Counted from the stretch's first letter, positions 38,632-49,118 are shown. The stretch: DNA of 64,000 bases from an uncultured Gammaproteobacteria bacterium (GCA_964503465.1 CAZCYZ010000002.1:70995-134994), one strand, 5' to 3'. Translations and numbers: made by a program. The notes: generated from the sequence alone by a model not told the origin.

Positions 38632-39138
38632 ATGAATAAGATGAGAAGGGGTTTTACATTAATTGAGTTGTTGGTGGTGATTGCGATTATGTCAATATTG
38701 ACGGTAATAACAGTGTCGCAGTTTCAAAATGCGAGGAAAAAAGCTCGGGATGTGGCCAGAAAGGGTGATCTTAATGCGGTGTCCAAGGCAATTATGATGT
38801 ATTACAACGACTATAGCCAGTTGCCAGCGGCGACCACTGATGGACGATTAGAAATTGGTGGTGAAGTAGTTGAATGGGGTGGGGGTGAGTTTAAAGATGC
38901 GACTGGTTATGTATATTTAAAGATGATGCCCAGGGAGAATAGTTCTGGCTTACCAGAATATTGTTATCGGGTGTCGACGGATGGGACGAAGTTTGCCTTA
39001 TTGTCGGTACTGGAAAATAGTGAGGATAGTGAATATAACAAGTTTGATGCGGCTGGTTATTCTGGTTGTGGGGAGAATTACAATTATGTTTATTTTAGTC
39101 CGAACGCCGGTTGGTCCGATTTTATTGAAATTAACTAA
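38632..39138 (+). CDS. Pilin-like protein
   Basis: G|FTLIELLVV, KARD motif. Confidence 0.92.
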   Translation: MNKMRRGFTLIELLVVIAIMSILTVITVSQFQNARKKARDVARKGDLNAVSKAIMMYYNDYSQLPAATTDGRLEIGGEVVEWGGGEFKDATGYVYLKMMPRENSSGLPEYCYRVSTDGTKFALLSVLENSEDSEYNKFDAAGYSGCGENYNYVYFSPNAGWSDFIEIN

Positions 39139-39548
39139 TGAAAACTAAAGGCTTCACTTTAATTGAGTTGTTGGTAGCGATATCGATTATCGGGGTATTG
39201 ACGGCAATAGTGTTACCAAATCTGATGGGGGCTCGAGAGAGGGCTCGAGATGCCAAAAAAATTGAGGAACTAAATACGATGAAAAACGCTTTGCGGCTGT
39301 ATTACAATGATAATCAGGTTTATCCTACTGGAACTGGGGTAACGTTGAATGTGACTGGGATGAGTGCTTATATGCCAGGATTGGCGGGAATAGGATACAC
39401 CTATAGCTACACTCAAAGCACTGGGGGTGAGGGTTTTACTTTGTCGGTAGGATTGGAGTCGGGGATGGGAGATGAGGATATTGAATCTCAGGCGCGGTGT
39501 GGGATTGGGGCAACTCAAAATAAGGTTTACGCAGTTTGTGCCAATTAG
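39138..39548 (+). CDS. Pilin-like protein
   Basis: G|FTLIELLVA, RARD motif. Confidence 0.92.
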   Translation: MKTKGFTLIELLVAISIIGVLTAIVLPNLMGARERARDAKKIEELNTMKNALRLYYNDNQVYPTGTGVTLNVTGMSAYMPGLAGIGYTYSYTQSTGGEGFTLSVGLESGMGDEDIESQARCGIGATQNKVYAVCAN

Positions 39549-39583
39549 CAGAGGATTGATTTATGAATTATGATATATAAAGT

Positions 39584-40000
39584 ATGAATAAAAAAACAAA
39601 TGATGGATTTACTTTGTTTGAGCTGTTGGTAAGTATTTCGATTATCGGGATTTTGACGGCTTTGGCAATAATGTCGTTTAGTGCGGCTCAAAAAAAAGCT
39701 CGCGATGCAAGAAGGATTGAAGATATGACAACAGTACAGAAGGCGGCGGAGCAGTATTATGCTCAAAATGATTATGTGTATCCAGCCAATACCGCTCCGT
39801 GGACGGGGATATTGGATGCTTTTCCGATTGATCCCAAAGGTACTGGTTGGACTGGTTATCGCTACTATTTAGGGACGGGAACAACGTATTGTGCTTGTGC
39901 GGCACTAGAAAATCGATCCAATGGTAATTCAACTAATAATGGTTGTGCTTTTGGTACCGGCACTACCGGACCTTTTTATTGTGTCAGGAGTCAACAGTAA
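39584..40000 (+). CDS. Pilin-like protein
   Basis: G|FTLFELLVS, KARD, PIDP. Confidence 0.92.
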   Translation: MNKKTNDGFTLFELLVSISIIGILTALAIMSFSAAQKKARDARRIEDMTTVQKAAEQYYAQNDYVYPANTAPWTGILDAFPIDPKGTGWTGYRYYLGTGTTYCACAALENRSNGNSTNNGCAFGTGTTGPFYCVRSQQ

Positions 40001-40030
40001 TTTATTTATCGATTATGAGTGATCAGTAAA

Positions 40031-40450
40031 ATGAAGGATGGTTTTACGTTAGTTGAGCTAATCGTTACGGTGACAATTATCATGTTGGTTACGGCGGCAG
40101 TGGCGATGAGTTTTACCGGAACTAATAATAAAGCCAGAGACGGAAGGCGGATGACAGATATCGAAAGAATTAGAACAGCCCTGGAGTTATATCGACAGCA
40201 AAATGGTTATTATCCCCTATTGGATACCGGGGGAACAGCGGCAGTTATTCCAAGTTATCTGCAGAGTTGGCCTAGTGATCCGAAGTTTTACCGCTATGTT
40301 TATGACGTTGGGACTTCGTATACCTACTATCTTTATGGCTATATGGAGAATGTGGGAACGACCACTGGATCTTACGCTGGAACGGATTGTTGCAGTGGTA
40401 CTGGTTGTACTTCGCCGTTATTGTGCAATTATCGAACAACTAATCCGTAG
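40031..40450 (+). CDS. Pilin-like protein
   Basis: G|FTLVELIVT, KARD, PSDP. Confidence 0.92.
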   Translation: MKDGFTLVELIVTVTIIMLVTAAVAMSFTGTNNKARDGRRMTDIERIRTALELYRQQNGYYPLLDTGGTAAVIPSYLQSWPSDPKFYRYVYDVGTSYTYYLYGYMENVGTTTGSYAGTDCCSGTGCTSPLLCNYRTTNP

Positions 40451-40484
40451 CAAGATTAAAGTTTTATTTAGTTCAAAATTTTTT

Positions 40485-40997
40485 GTGAAAGTAAAAGGTT
40501 TTACTCTAATAGAATTATTGATAGTGATAACTATGATGTTGTTGGTAACTGGGGGGACGATTGTTTTTGTAAATCGGTCAAATTCGGAGCAAAAAATTGC
40601 GGCAACCAAAAATGAACTTATTGGTAATTTGAGAATGGCACGAAATTATGCTCGGACGTTGCAGGTACCATCGGGGTATGTTGGGAACTTGGAGTATGTG
40701 GTTGTAAGCTTGAACACCTCGGGGCAAATCGTAGTCTACCCCAATCCTTGGGATACTGAAGGAGTAAGGTATATAGAAACCGATATTTCTCCATCAGGAG
40801 TGGGGACGAGTATGTATCCCAATCAGTTGTTTTTTGCAGCTTATGAGGGGAAACTGTTGAAGGTTGAAGATGGCAGGGTAGTTCCAAGAGGGTCGGATGA
40901 AATGGTGACTATTGTTATTAGTTCAACTGAAGGTGTTGGAAATACCGAATCAATCATAATTAATTCGGTAGGGTTGTTGGGGGGGGGTCAAAAGTGA
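40485..40997 (+). CDS. Minor pilin (FimU/GspH-like)
   Basis: GTG start giving MKVKG|FTLIELLIV; the ORF-track extension to 40203 overlaps the previous gene. Confidence 0.85.
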   Translation: MKVKGFTLIELLIVITMMLLVTGGTIVFVNRSNSEQKIAATKNELIGNLRMARNYARTLQVPSGYVGNLEYVVVSLNTSGQIVVYPNPWDTEGVRYIETDISPSGVGTSMYPNQLFFAAYEGKLLKVEDGRVVPRGSDEMVTIVISSTEGVGNTESIIINSVGLLGGGQK

Positions 40998-41401
40998 TGG
41001 GTTGGAGAATTAGAGGGCAAAGTTTGGTGGAGGTGGTCTTTGCGATTGCAATTATTGCTTTGACGTTGACGGGAGTAGCCGTATTGATGGTTTATAACTT
41101 ATCGGCGAGAACAAAGAGTTTTGACCGAAAAAAAGCAGCTGAACTAGGGGAAAAGATAATGGAGCAGTTAGTTAAGGATGAAAGGGATACTCCGTTGAAT
41201 TTTTGGCAGTTAGTGAGCGTTAGTTCCTCAACTGATCCCGACTTTGGTGGATATGTATACTCAATAGGATTTACTAATGTGGTTAATGGTACTAGTTGTG
41301 GGGTAGGAATAACTGATTGTGCTCAGGTAAATGTTCGAGTGGGTTGGAGTGGGACTAGTAATCAGAGCTTGGAGTTTAATAGATTTTTTTCAAGAAAGTG
41401 A
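40994..41401 (+). CDS. Minor pilin (PilV-like)
   Basis: G|QSLVEVVFA and C-terminal V.V.VGW. Confidence 0.85.
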   Translation: MMGWRIRGQSLVEVVFAIAIIALTLTGVAVLMVYNLSARTKSFDRKKAAELGEKIMEQLVKDERDTPLNFWQLVSVSSSTDPDFGGYVYSIGFTNVVNGTSCGVGITDCAQVNVRVGWSGTSNQSLEFNRFFSRK

Positions 41402-41904
41402 TGAAGAGGGGCTTTACTTTGATTGAGGTGGTAGTGGTGGTGGGGGTGATTGGGGTATTAATGACGGCAACGGTGTATGTACTGTCGGGAACGTTTCAGG
41501 GGAAGACTCGAGTAGAAATGGCTGACAATGTCGAGCGAAACGGAAGCTTGATTTTGGATGAGTTACGTAGACTTGGGGTGGGGGCGTTGGGAAGCGGGAT
41601 TACGTGCCCAGCTGGTGGGGTGGGGTCGTCGGCAACGTTGGTGAGTGCCAGTGATGGTGGGGTAACCATAATTAGTTGTGTTGATGGGGATAAAATTGCT
41701 TCGGCATCGGCTAATGGGGAGATGAATTTTTTGGGTAGCGGCATACGAGTGTCGGGGTGCAATACTTTTATCAGTTGTGATACGGTCCCGAATGTGGGGG
41801 TGTCGGCTCTAAACTATGATTTTAATCTGCAGCTGGGTAATAGTAGTTACGGCGGGGGGTTGGTGAATAGGAACTTTCGATCGAGGGTGGTGGTAAGGAA
41901 TTAA
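41398..41904 (+). CDS. Minor pilin (PilW-like)
   Basis: G|FTLIEVVVV; C-terminal F.S.V.VRN. Confidence 0.87.
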   Translation: MMKRGFTLIEVVVVVGVIGVLMTATVYVLSGTFQGKTRVEMADNVERNGSLILDELRRLGVGALGSGITCPAGGVGSSATLVSASDGGVTIISCVDGDKIASASANGEMNFLGSGIRVSGCNTFISCDTVPNVGVSALNYDFNLQLGNSSYGGGLVNRNFRSRVVVRN

Positions 41905-41912
41905 AGTAACGG

Positions 41913-42212
41913 TTATTTAACAGGGGTGATTTTGTTGACGTAGAGTTTGGTGCCAGAGTAGACACCTTCGACTTTGACTGTTTGTTTCATGAAATTGATT
42001 GGTTTTGCCTTGCCTTCGATTAGGGTAATTAGTCCGGAATCAGTTTCAAGCAGATATTCTTTGCCAATTTTGGTTTTGAGAAAACCCGTTTGGATGATGA
42101 CTTCGTTATTTGTTTTGCCTGATTGTCGTTTGATTTTGAGGAAGGTGTAACCACCAAGAGCGATGGATGTTAATAAGACAAGGGTGATGACAATTGGTAT
42201 TAACCTTTTCAT
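41913..42212 (-). CDS. Small membrane-anchored OB-fold-like protein
   Basis: N-terminal TM, 'VKVEG....LYVNKI'; TGT-TACACT 5 nt upstream of the ATG. Confidence 0.7.
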   Translation of the reverse strand: MKRLIPIVITLVLLTSIALGGYTFLKIKRQSGKTNNEVIIQTGFLKTKIGKEYLLETDSGLITLIEGKAKPINFMKQTVKVEGVYSGTKLYVNKITPVK

Positions 42213-42398
42213 ATTTTAGTGTAACATGGGTGTTTTTGGCTAGTCCTATAGTTTGGTGATATGTGTTTTTGAGGTTGTTATAGTTGGGTGGTAAAAGATG
42301 GTTTTTTGATATGAAATGATATAGATTTGGAAGGTTGTAATTTGGCCTTGGTTACTAAATTAGTCTTACGTATGTAGTATGTATTATTTATTATAGGC

Positions 42399-42426
42399 TT
42401 GACATCAAAGAAAATTATGGTAAGAT
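42399..42426 (+). promoter_or_regulatory. Sigma70 promoter for the 335-aa orphan
   Basis: TTGACA, 16 bp, TAAGAT with an extended TG. Confidence 0.7.
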
Positions 42427-42454
42427 TAACGTATATTAGTAAGTAATTTAACTT

Positions 42455-43462
42455 ATGACAAAACGAACTGTTGAGGCAGGTTCAGAACGTCCGATTGAGT
42501 CAAAAAAGGTGATTTCAAGTCGGAGAGATTTCTTGAAGATGGCGGGTTTGGGTGGGGTAGGCTTGTGGTTTGCGCTACAAGAAACTGTTCATGTTGCTCT
42601 TGCCGCTGATGCTTTGTTGACAAGGATGTCTGAAGTAGATAAAAACAGAATGCTGGAGAATGGTGATCTTCCCCCTATTACTCCCGAAATGCTAATGATT
42701 TTAGGGGGTAATTTTAGTATGGTAGGTGATGATGAAAGGACGCAAATTGTAAAAACTATTTTTGGACACCGAGAGGAGGTTTATGAGGCTCGTAATAGGG
42801 GGGTATCTTGGCAAGGTTTGGAACTATTGCCCCTGGCCAAGTCGAAGAGGGGTGGTGAGCTAATATCTAATGTTGATTTGTCGGCTAGGACTGGAGATTT
42901 GAGTAGCTATAACGCGACGAAATCGTGGTATGTTTTAGAGAGTGGTGGGTGGTTAGTTACGAGAGTGACGTTTTTGGGGAAAGTTACTCTGCCGTTGGTT
43001 TGTAGAGGTAAGACAGTAGGAGAGTCTACGGTGGCTGGTTTTACTCGAGAGAGGGGGAAAGTGTTGTGGGGTGTTGTTGGTTGTGATATATTTGGAGTAG
43101 ATGTTGGCTCTAAATATGTGGGCAGTGATGGTGCCATTGGTGGCCTAGACGTAGAAGCGTTGCGAACAGGAAAAGAGTATCTTGTAGATCTTCACCGTGG
43201 GGATCCACTGGACGGGAATGAGAATTTGGGTGGAGCTCATGAAATATTAGATTTTTATACGCCAAAAGATTCTTCGAATACGGCAAGGCAGATTAGGAGA
43301 GATACTTTGTTTGGGATGCTGGTCCCAAGTGCTTTACAAGAAGGGCTTGGAAGTGACTATACGGTTGTTGATGTCGCACGGGGAAAGATTGACAACAGAA
43401 GAGCATTACACGTAAAACATGTGCTAGAAGTGGATAATCCTCATGTGACAGCTAGTCAGTAA
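42455..43462 (+). CDS. Orphan protein with twin-arginine-like N-terminal motif
   Basis: SRRDFLK, hydrophobic stretch, then ALA. Confidence 0.78.
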   Translation: MTKRTVEAGSERPIESKKVISSRRDFLKMAGLGGVGLWFALQETVHVALAADALLTRMSEVDKNRMLENGDLPPITPEMLMILGGNFSMVGDDERTQIVKTIFGHREEVYEARNRGVSWQGLELLPLAKSKRGGELISNVDLSARTGDLSSYNATKSWYVLESGGWLVTRVTFLGKVTLPLVCRGKTVGESTVAGFTRERGKVLWGVVGCDIFGVDVGSKYVGSDGAIGGLDVEALRTGKEYLVDLHRGDPLDGNENLGGAHEILDFYTPKDSSNTARQIRRDTLFGMLVPSALQEGLGSDYTVVDVARGKIDNRRALHVKHVLEVDNPHVTASQ

Positions 43463-43502
43463 AGGTTTGAGTGCGTAAATGATTTGTTTTTTAGGATGGT
43501 AA

Positions 43503-46500
43503 TTGGTAGAGTATTTTGTGGATATTGTGAGATTGTGGGCTAAGAACTTGGGAATTGTTATTGGAGTGTTGTTGGTGTTGTTTTTTGACCCGAGAATTGT
43601 ATATGGGGGGCCACCGGCTAATGCATGTTATTGTAATTGGCAGAGTTGTGTATATCATCGGTACTATACTCAGTGTAATGGGATAACTACACCTTGTGGT
43701 GCGTTGCCTGGAGTTTGTCCTGATTATAGTGTGTACTCTTGTACTTATGGTAACCCAAATGGTTTTTGTACTGCCAGTAGCACGTGTACAAACGAGCTGG
43801 ATGGTACTTCAATTCCGTGTTCCGCGTGTAATGAGGGTTATGGCGATCTTGACCATGTTTCGTGTAATACTGATCCATATAATTGTGTAGCTTCTTGTGG
43901 GGCTGGATTGACCCCACCACCAGGTAATGAATGCTATGGGTGGCATGAAGGTTCTTGTGGTGGCGCGGGGTGTTCTGCTAATCAGAGATATCAAAGTAGA
44001 TATTGCACTGCTACTGGGTGGGAGACGGAATGTCATTCTCCCGATCCCACAATTGGATGTTTGTGTACTAGTGGGGATAACCCGAACGGTTTGAGTGCGG
44101 AGTATTTTGACTATCCCGAACAGGATAGTGATATTCGATACTGGACATATGGCGCTATTGAGAGAACTAGGTACGATTCTAGTATTAACTTTGATTGGCA
44201 GTGGTATGCGCCGGATGTAGGTGATACTAGTGGAGCACAAGTTGATCAACATCGGTTTATGGCCAGATGGAGCGGGTATATTACTGTCCCAAGTACTGGA
44301 ACTTGGACTTTTACAGCCAAGACTGATAATGTAGCCAAAGTAACAATTGATAGTTCTACAGTTATCAATACCTGGGGATTACCAGATGCAACTAGTGAAG
44401 TTGGTGATACTGGTTTGGTGGTAGCCCAGATTCATGTTGATTTTGATGGGCCAACAAATGGTTATACTTGGGTAAGGGATCATGATTTTGCTGACCAGGC
44501 GGTGGCAACGATAAATGACAATTGGGAACGGAGAAATTATATTTGCCAATGTGTTGGGTGTGCTGAAGATCCTGGTGATGACCAATACTATTGTACTGCA
44601 GCGCAGGGGTGTGACAATGGTTGTGGTTATGCTCAGCCACCGGGGTATGTGGCGTTTACGAATTTGAGCGGGTCAAATATGTTTTCAGTAGCGATACCGG
44701 ACTATGGTGGGGTGGAATATATGTTACATCATGTGGATATGGTTCGGTGTGATCCCGATTGGACTAATTGTGCCACTACTTATTATTATGCCAGTGGAGG
44801 TGTTGGTGCCAAGAATTCATACCTGTTGGATTTTGGAACTGGTGGTGCTGATCCATGGAAGGTGTATTCAATGGAGTTCTTCTTTGAGCCACTATTACCT
44901 GGTTATGTTCCTAACCGTGGGGAAACAATATCTGGGACGCCAATAAGTTTGTCAGCTGGGTCACATCCAATTAGTATTGAGTACAGTGATCTGAAGAAAT
45001 GTATTAGCGGGGATCCGTGTGATAGTTGGGTAAAAAGTGAGGCGGTTTTGGGGCTCTACTACTCTGGTCCATCAACAGCATATCAGTTGGTACCGTCGGC
45101 CAATTTGACAGCTTGTGAGTGTACCAGCGATTGTTCTGCTGGTAACTGCGGCCAGTCGGATGGCTGTGGGGTGGGGGTGTGTGGAACCGGGGACACTGGA
45201 TCTCCGAGTCAGCCGACGTGTAACAATTTGGGGACAGTTTATGTGGGAACGACCACGATTGGTTGGAGTCCTGATACTACAGGTTTGGCTGATATTTATC
45301 AATATCAGGTTGATAGCGGGGCAGTGTCGGAAACTAGTGTTGGAATAACTAATGCTAGTATTAGTTATTCGTCTGGGGTGCATACATATAAAGCACGATC
45401 AAGCAATGATACCTGTGAGAGTATTGGGGTGGGAAGGACATATGCTAGTAGCTGGTCGAGTAGTTGTAGTTTTTGCTATGAGACGTCAAGTTGTAGTGTG
45501 GAGTGTGGTCAGGATATTGATTGTAGTACTTGTGCCTCGACTGATGCGATTACTCCGGGAGTGGTGACAATTGCGGCACCGCGTGGATCAACATCGGCAC
45601 CAACACCTTACACTACCCCAACAATAGCAGTGCAATGGAATACTGATGAACTTAATCACACTACGGCGACTGACCATTATAATTATTCGATTTATAGAAC
45701 AGATACTTCGGTGGGTTACACTGGGTTAACAGCCAATAATAGTGTTTCGAGTGTTGGGGTGACGATGGGGGTAGGGACAACTGGAGTGATTTATAGATGG
45801 CGAGTTAGAGGAGTCAATGATAGTTGTTCGGGATACACGGCGGGGATAACTTATGGTGGGTGGTCGAGTTATGGTTATTACTGTTGGGAGGGGGAATTGT
45901 GCAACTTGGAATGTGGTCAAGATCGAACATGTGCCAACAATGGCAGTTGCTCCTCGGTGGATGCGATTACTCCTGGGCCAATGGGTATAAACTCTCCAAT
46001 TGGGACGACAAATGTGCCAATTACCTACACCACTCCATCGGTTAATTTGTCTTGGGGAATTACCGAAACCAATCATGCCGATACTGATTATTACCGGTAT
46101 GAATCGTATCGAACCAGTAATGGAGTTGGTTTTAGTGGTAATACGGCCAATAATACAGTTTCGAGTGTTGGGGTGACAATGGGAGTAGGGGCAACTGGGG
46201 TAACTTATAGGTGGCGGGTTAGGGCGGAAAATAATACCTGTTATGGTTATCCAGCTGGAGCGACTGTGGGAAGCTGGTCGAGTTATGGTTATTACTGTTG
46301 GGAGGGGGAATTGTGTGTGCCAGGGAATCAGTGTGGTCAAACAAAGGATTGTGCCGGTAACGGTTCGTGTACCAATGTGGATGGTGGGGTTCCAGAACAG
46401 GTAACAATCGTCTCCCCTATTGGACCGAGTATTGGCGATCCGACGGTCTACAATGATGTATCGACCCTGACTTTACAATGGCAGAATACTGAGGTAGGTC

Positions 46501-48299
46501 ATACCTATACTGATTATTATAACTATCAGGTAATAAAAGTTGGTGGGAGCAATCCTAGCAATGTTGGGACAACTTTTTATGGGGTGGGGAGTACGGTGGC
46601 TAGAACGGCGGTAAGTGTGGGAATTAGTGGAACCAGGGGGGATATTTATGAATGGAAGGTTCGGGCAATGAATGTAAATTGTCCGCCGACTGATTATGGA
46701 CCTGATTCGGATTTGGGATTTTTTGTGTTGAATCGAACTCCAACTACCCCTGCTTTTACTATTCTAATGAGTAGTGGGGCGACAGTGCCGGCGGAAGCAT
46801 ATGGGGTGGGACAGTCGGGTAATCATATTTGTGATACGAGGTTTGCTTCTCGTCAATTAAGATTTGTAGTTGATGCTTATGATTTGGATGGTGGGGATAC
46901 TATCAATGAGGTCGAATTAAAGTTTGGTGCAACTGGTTGGATAAGAGGTGTGGGATTAACCGGGGCGACTCCAATTTGGGAAAATAGTGGCGGCGGATTG
47001 TCGTTTTATAATACCCCCTCAACTTCAGTTGCTGGCACTAGAAGAAGAGTAATTTTTCCAGTAGAAATGTCAACTGATTTTCCAATTGGGATATATGATT
47101 TGGTAATTGACACGGTTGATATGTGGGGACGAGCCAGAGACAATGTCGATACTAATCGGGATTTTAAAAATTGGGATTGTCAGGTGCCAATAGTTGGAAA
47201 TTTGTACGACTCTTCGTCGACTAATGGGCCAGTGTGTCCGACGACGGGATATGATAATTTGTATATTGGAACCTCGTTTACTTCGTTGGTTTTTGATGGG
47301 CCGGGATCGGACAATCCAGCTATGAATGTGACGGTACCCAATAGTTTTGCTTCTGGAGGAACATTGACTTGGGGGGCTAATTATATACCGACCTTTAATG
47401 CTGATTTGGATATGACTGATCCGATAAATGGGCAACGGGCAATTGATTTGGGGAACCTGGGGAATGGAGCCACTAGTTGCCCTGGGGGAATGTTGACAGT
47501 CAATAATACTACTTTGTCAGCGTATAGTGACAATCCGTCACTACGAGTAGATTTTTCAGGAATCCAGGATCAAGAACCGTGGTATCAGGCAGTGGGTGGT
47601 GGAATAAGAGCTAAGACCAGAGTAATTTGCAATGTTCCTCCGACTTGTGAATTTAACCCTTCGTGCCGACCGGGAATGTCGATTGATTCGACGGTATTAT
47701 CGGTTGGAGAATCAGATAACAGTTTGGTGTCAGCGGTGGCAATTGATGATAGTAATGGCTGTGATTTCTTGGACGGAAGTTGCCGCTATGGTATTCCGAA
47801 TAACTGGTATTTAAGCGGTGTTGATGGCGACATATGGGGTGAAAATTACACATATAAATCTTTATATGATAAGTACTTTGGTGGATTAGGGTTGGGGATT
47901 ACCTATCCGGCTGGGACAGCAATGAGTAATATTGGTGCGACCGGGGTGGTGTTTGTTGATGGAGATTTTAATGTTGATGTGAATAATTCTTTGACTAATA
48001 GTCAGTTTTTGATGATAGTAGTTCGGGGTGAGGTGGTGATTGATGAGGCGGTAACGACATCGGCTGGTATTTTTGTAGCTGATGGAGGAATAAGGGTTGA
48101 GGGAACGTCAAATAATCAGTTGACAATAGATGGAATGTTATATTCGGCAATAACGGATATTAATTTGACCCGTGGTTACTCGGATAAGCAAAGTAATAAT
48201 ACTAGCCCGGCAGTGATAATTAATTACAAGCCGAGTTTGATATTTAATATGCCGGTAGATTTAGTTAAAGTATTATCTGGATGGAGAGAGGGAAATTAA
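43503..48299 (+). CDS. Giant Cys-rich exported protein with split PA14 domain and FN3-like repeats (putative pilus adhesin)
   Basis: Signal peptide; GLSAEYF/INFDW/FMARWSGYI/HPISIEY PA14 motifs; Y.WRVR repeats; located directly before pilX-pilMNO. Confidence 0.8.
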   Translation: MVEYFVDIVRLWAKNLGIVIGVLLVLFFDPRIVYGGPPANACYCNWQSCVYHRYYTQCNGITTPCGALPGVCPDYSVYSCTYGNPNGFCTASSTCTNELDGTSIPCSACNEGYGDLDHVSCNTDPYNCVASCGAGLTPPPGNECYGWHEGSCGGAGCSANQRYQSRYCTATGWETECHSPDPTIGCLCTSGDNPNGLSAEYFDYPEQDSDIRYWTYGAIERTRYDSSINFDWQWYAPDVGDTSGAQVDQHRFMARWSGYITVPSTGTWTFTAKTDNVAKVTIDSSTVINTWGLPDATSEVGDTGLVVAQIHVDFDGPTNGYTWVRDHDFADQAVATINDNWERRNYICQCVGCAEDPGDDQYYCTAAQGCDNGCGYAQPPGYVAFTNLSGSNMFSVAIPDYGGVEYMLHHVDMVRCDPDWTNCATTYYYASGGVGAKNSYLLDFGTGGADPWKVYSMEFFFEPLLPGYVPNRGETISGTPISLSAGSHPISIEYSDLKKCISGDPCDSWVKSEAVLGLYYSGPSTAYQLVPSANLTACECTSDCSAGNCGQSDGCGVGVCGTGDTGSPSQPTCNNLGTVYVGTTTIGWSPDTTGLADIYQYQVDSGAVSETSVGITNASISYSSGVHTYKARSSNDTCESIGVGRTYASSWSSSCSFCYETSSCSVECGQDIDCSTCASTDAITPGVVTIAAPRGSTSAPTPYTTPTIAVQWNTDELNHTTATDHYNYSIYRTDTSVGYTGLTANNSVSSVGVTMGVGTTGVIYRWRVRGVNDSCSGYTAGITYGGWSSYGYYCWEGELCNLECGQDRTCANNGSCSSVDAITPGPMGINSPIGTTNVPITYTTPSVNLSWGITETNHADTDYYRYESYRTSNGVGFSGNTANNTVSSVGVTMGVGATGVTYRWRVRAENNTCYGYPAGATVGSWSSYGYYCWEGELCVPGNQCGQTKDCAGNGSCTNVDGGVPEQVTIVSPIGPSIGDPTVYNDVSTLTLQWQNTEVGHTYTDYYNYQVIKVGGSNPSNVGTTFYGVGSTVARTAVSVGISGTRGDIYEWKVRAMNVNCPPTDYGPDSDLGFFVLNRTPTTPAFTILMSSGATVPAEAYGVGQSGNHICDTRFASRQLRFVVDAYDLDGGDTINEVELKFGATGWIRGVGLTGATPIWENSGGGLSFYNTPSTSVAGTRRRVIFPVEMSTDFPIGIYDLVIDTVDMWGRARDNVDTNRDFKNWDCQVPIVGNLYDSSSTNGPVCPTTGYDNLYIGTSFTSLVFDGPGSDNPAMNVTVPNSFASGGTLTWGANYIPTFNADLDMTDPINGQRAIDLGNLGNGATSCPGGMLTVNNTTLSAYSDNPSLRVDFSGIQDQEPWYQAVGGGIRAKTRVICNVPPTCEFNPSCRPGMSIDSTVLSVGESDNSLVSAVAIDDSNGCDFLDGSCRYGIPNNWYLSGVDGDIWGENYTYKSLYDKYFGGLGLGITYPAGTAMSNIGATGVVFVDGDFNVDVNNSLTNSQFLMIVVRGEVVIDEAVTTSAGIFVADGGIRVEGTSNNQLTIDGMLYSAITDINLTRGYSDKQSNNTSPAVIINYKPSLIFNMPVDLVKVLSGWREGN

Positions 48300-48301
48300 A
48301 A

Positions 48302-49105
48302 ATGAATAAAACAAAACAAAGAGGGCAGGTGGCATTGGTGGTTTTGGTAGTATCAGCGGTAGCGCTAACTTTGGGTTTGTCGTTATCCAAAAAAACGGTG
48401 ATTGAAACCCAAGTGGAAACAGATGAAGAAGCGTTAAAGCAGGCTTTTAATGCAGCCGAGTCGGGGGTTGATTATTACCTAAGTACTGGGACTACTAAAT
48501 ATACTGCTCCGGATGGTAAAAGTGCGGCCGACGTAACCATTCTGAATATTGGGGGGACCGGTGCTGTTGATTTTGGGGACTATACTCCGGTTAATAACTA
48601 CACTTATTTTTGGTTAGTGTCACACAGGGATGACGCTTCAATTGACTATACTGATTATTACTTAGGAGATCGAGTTGACGTATGTGTTGAGAATGATTAT
48701 GCTGGTTCATTGGTGATGGGTTATTTTTTTCGCGATGGGAGTAATAACTACCGCCTACGACGTTATGTGGTAAATTTTGGTAGTAGCCAGGTGATTCTTA
48801 ATCCAAGTAATTTACCAGCGGGAGTATGTGATGGCGGGAAAAAGGGTGCCAGAATTACTTTGGAGGTAGGAACAACCCCGTTGTTGATAACCGTGATGCC
48901 AGTATTTCAGGGTGGAAGAATTACTATGGAGAATGTTGGGGGAAGCCTGATCCCAATTCAAGGAAAGCAAATTTCATCCTTGGGTAGGGCGGGTGAAATA
49001 TCGGCCACGACCGGAGTTAGTCGTAAACTAAATGTGGGGAAAAGGTACAAGATTCCTGGTTTTGCCATGGAAGCAGTTATGAGTGGAGCTCGGGTGTTAA
49101 ATTAA
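48302..49105 (+). CDS. PilX-like minor pilin
   Basis: G|QVALVVLVV lacking E5; AFNAAESG motif. Confidence 0.85.
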   Translation: MNKTKQRGQVALVVLVVSAVALTLGLSLSKKTVIETQVETDEEALKQAFNAAESGVDYYLSTGTTKYTAPDGKSAADVTILNIGGTGAVDFGDYTPVNNYTYFWLVSHRDDASIDYTDYYLGDRVDVCVENDYAGSLVMGYFFRDGSNNYRLRRYVVNFGSSQVILNPSNLPAGVCDGGKKGARITLEVGTTPLLITVMPVFQGGRITMENVGGSLIPIQGKQISSLGRAGEISATTGVSRKLNVGKRYKIPGFAMEAVMSGARVLN

Positions 49106-49118
49106 CTATACTTAACTT

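Noticed and set aside
45744-46315. Repeats in the giant gene as a CRISPR array or DGR template/variable pair
   Set aside because: They are in-frame domain duplications at a 414-nt period, differences are not confined to adenines, and no cas or reverse transcriptase gene is in the window.
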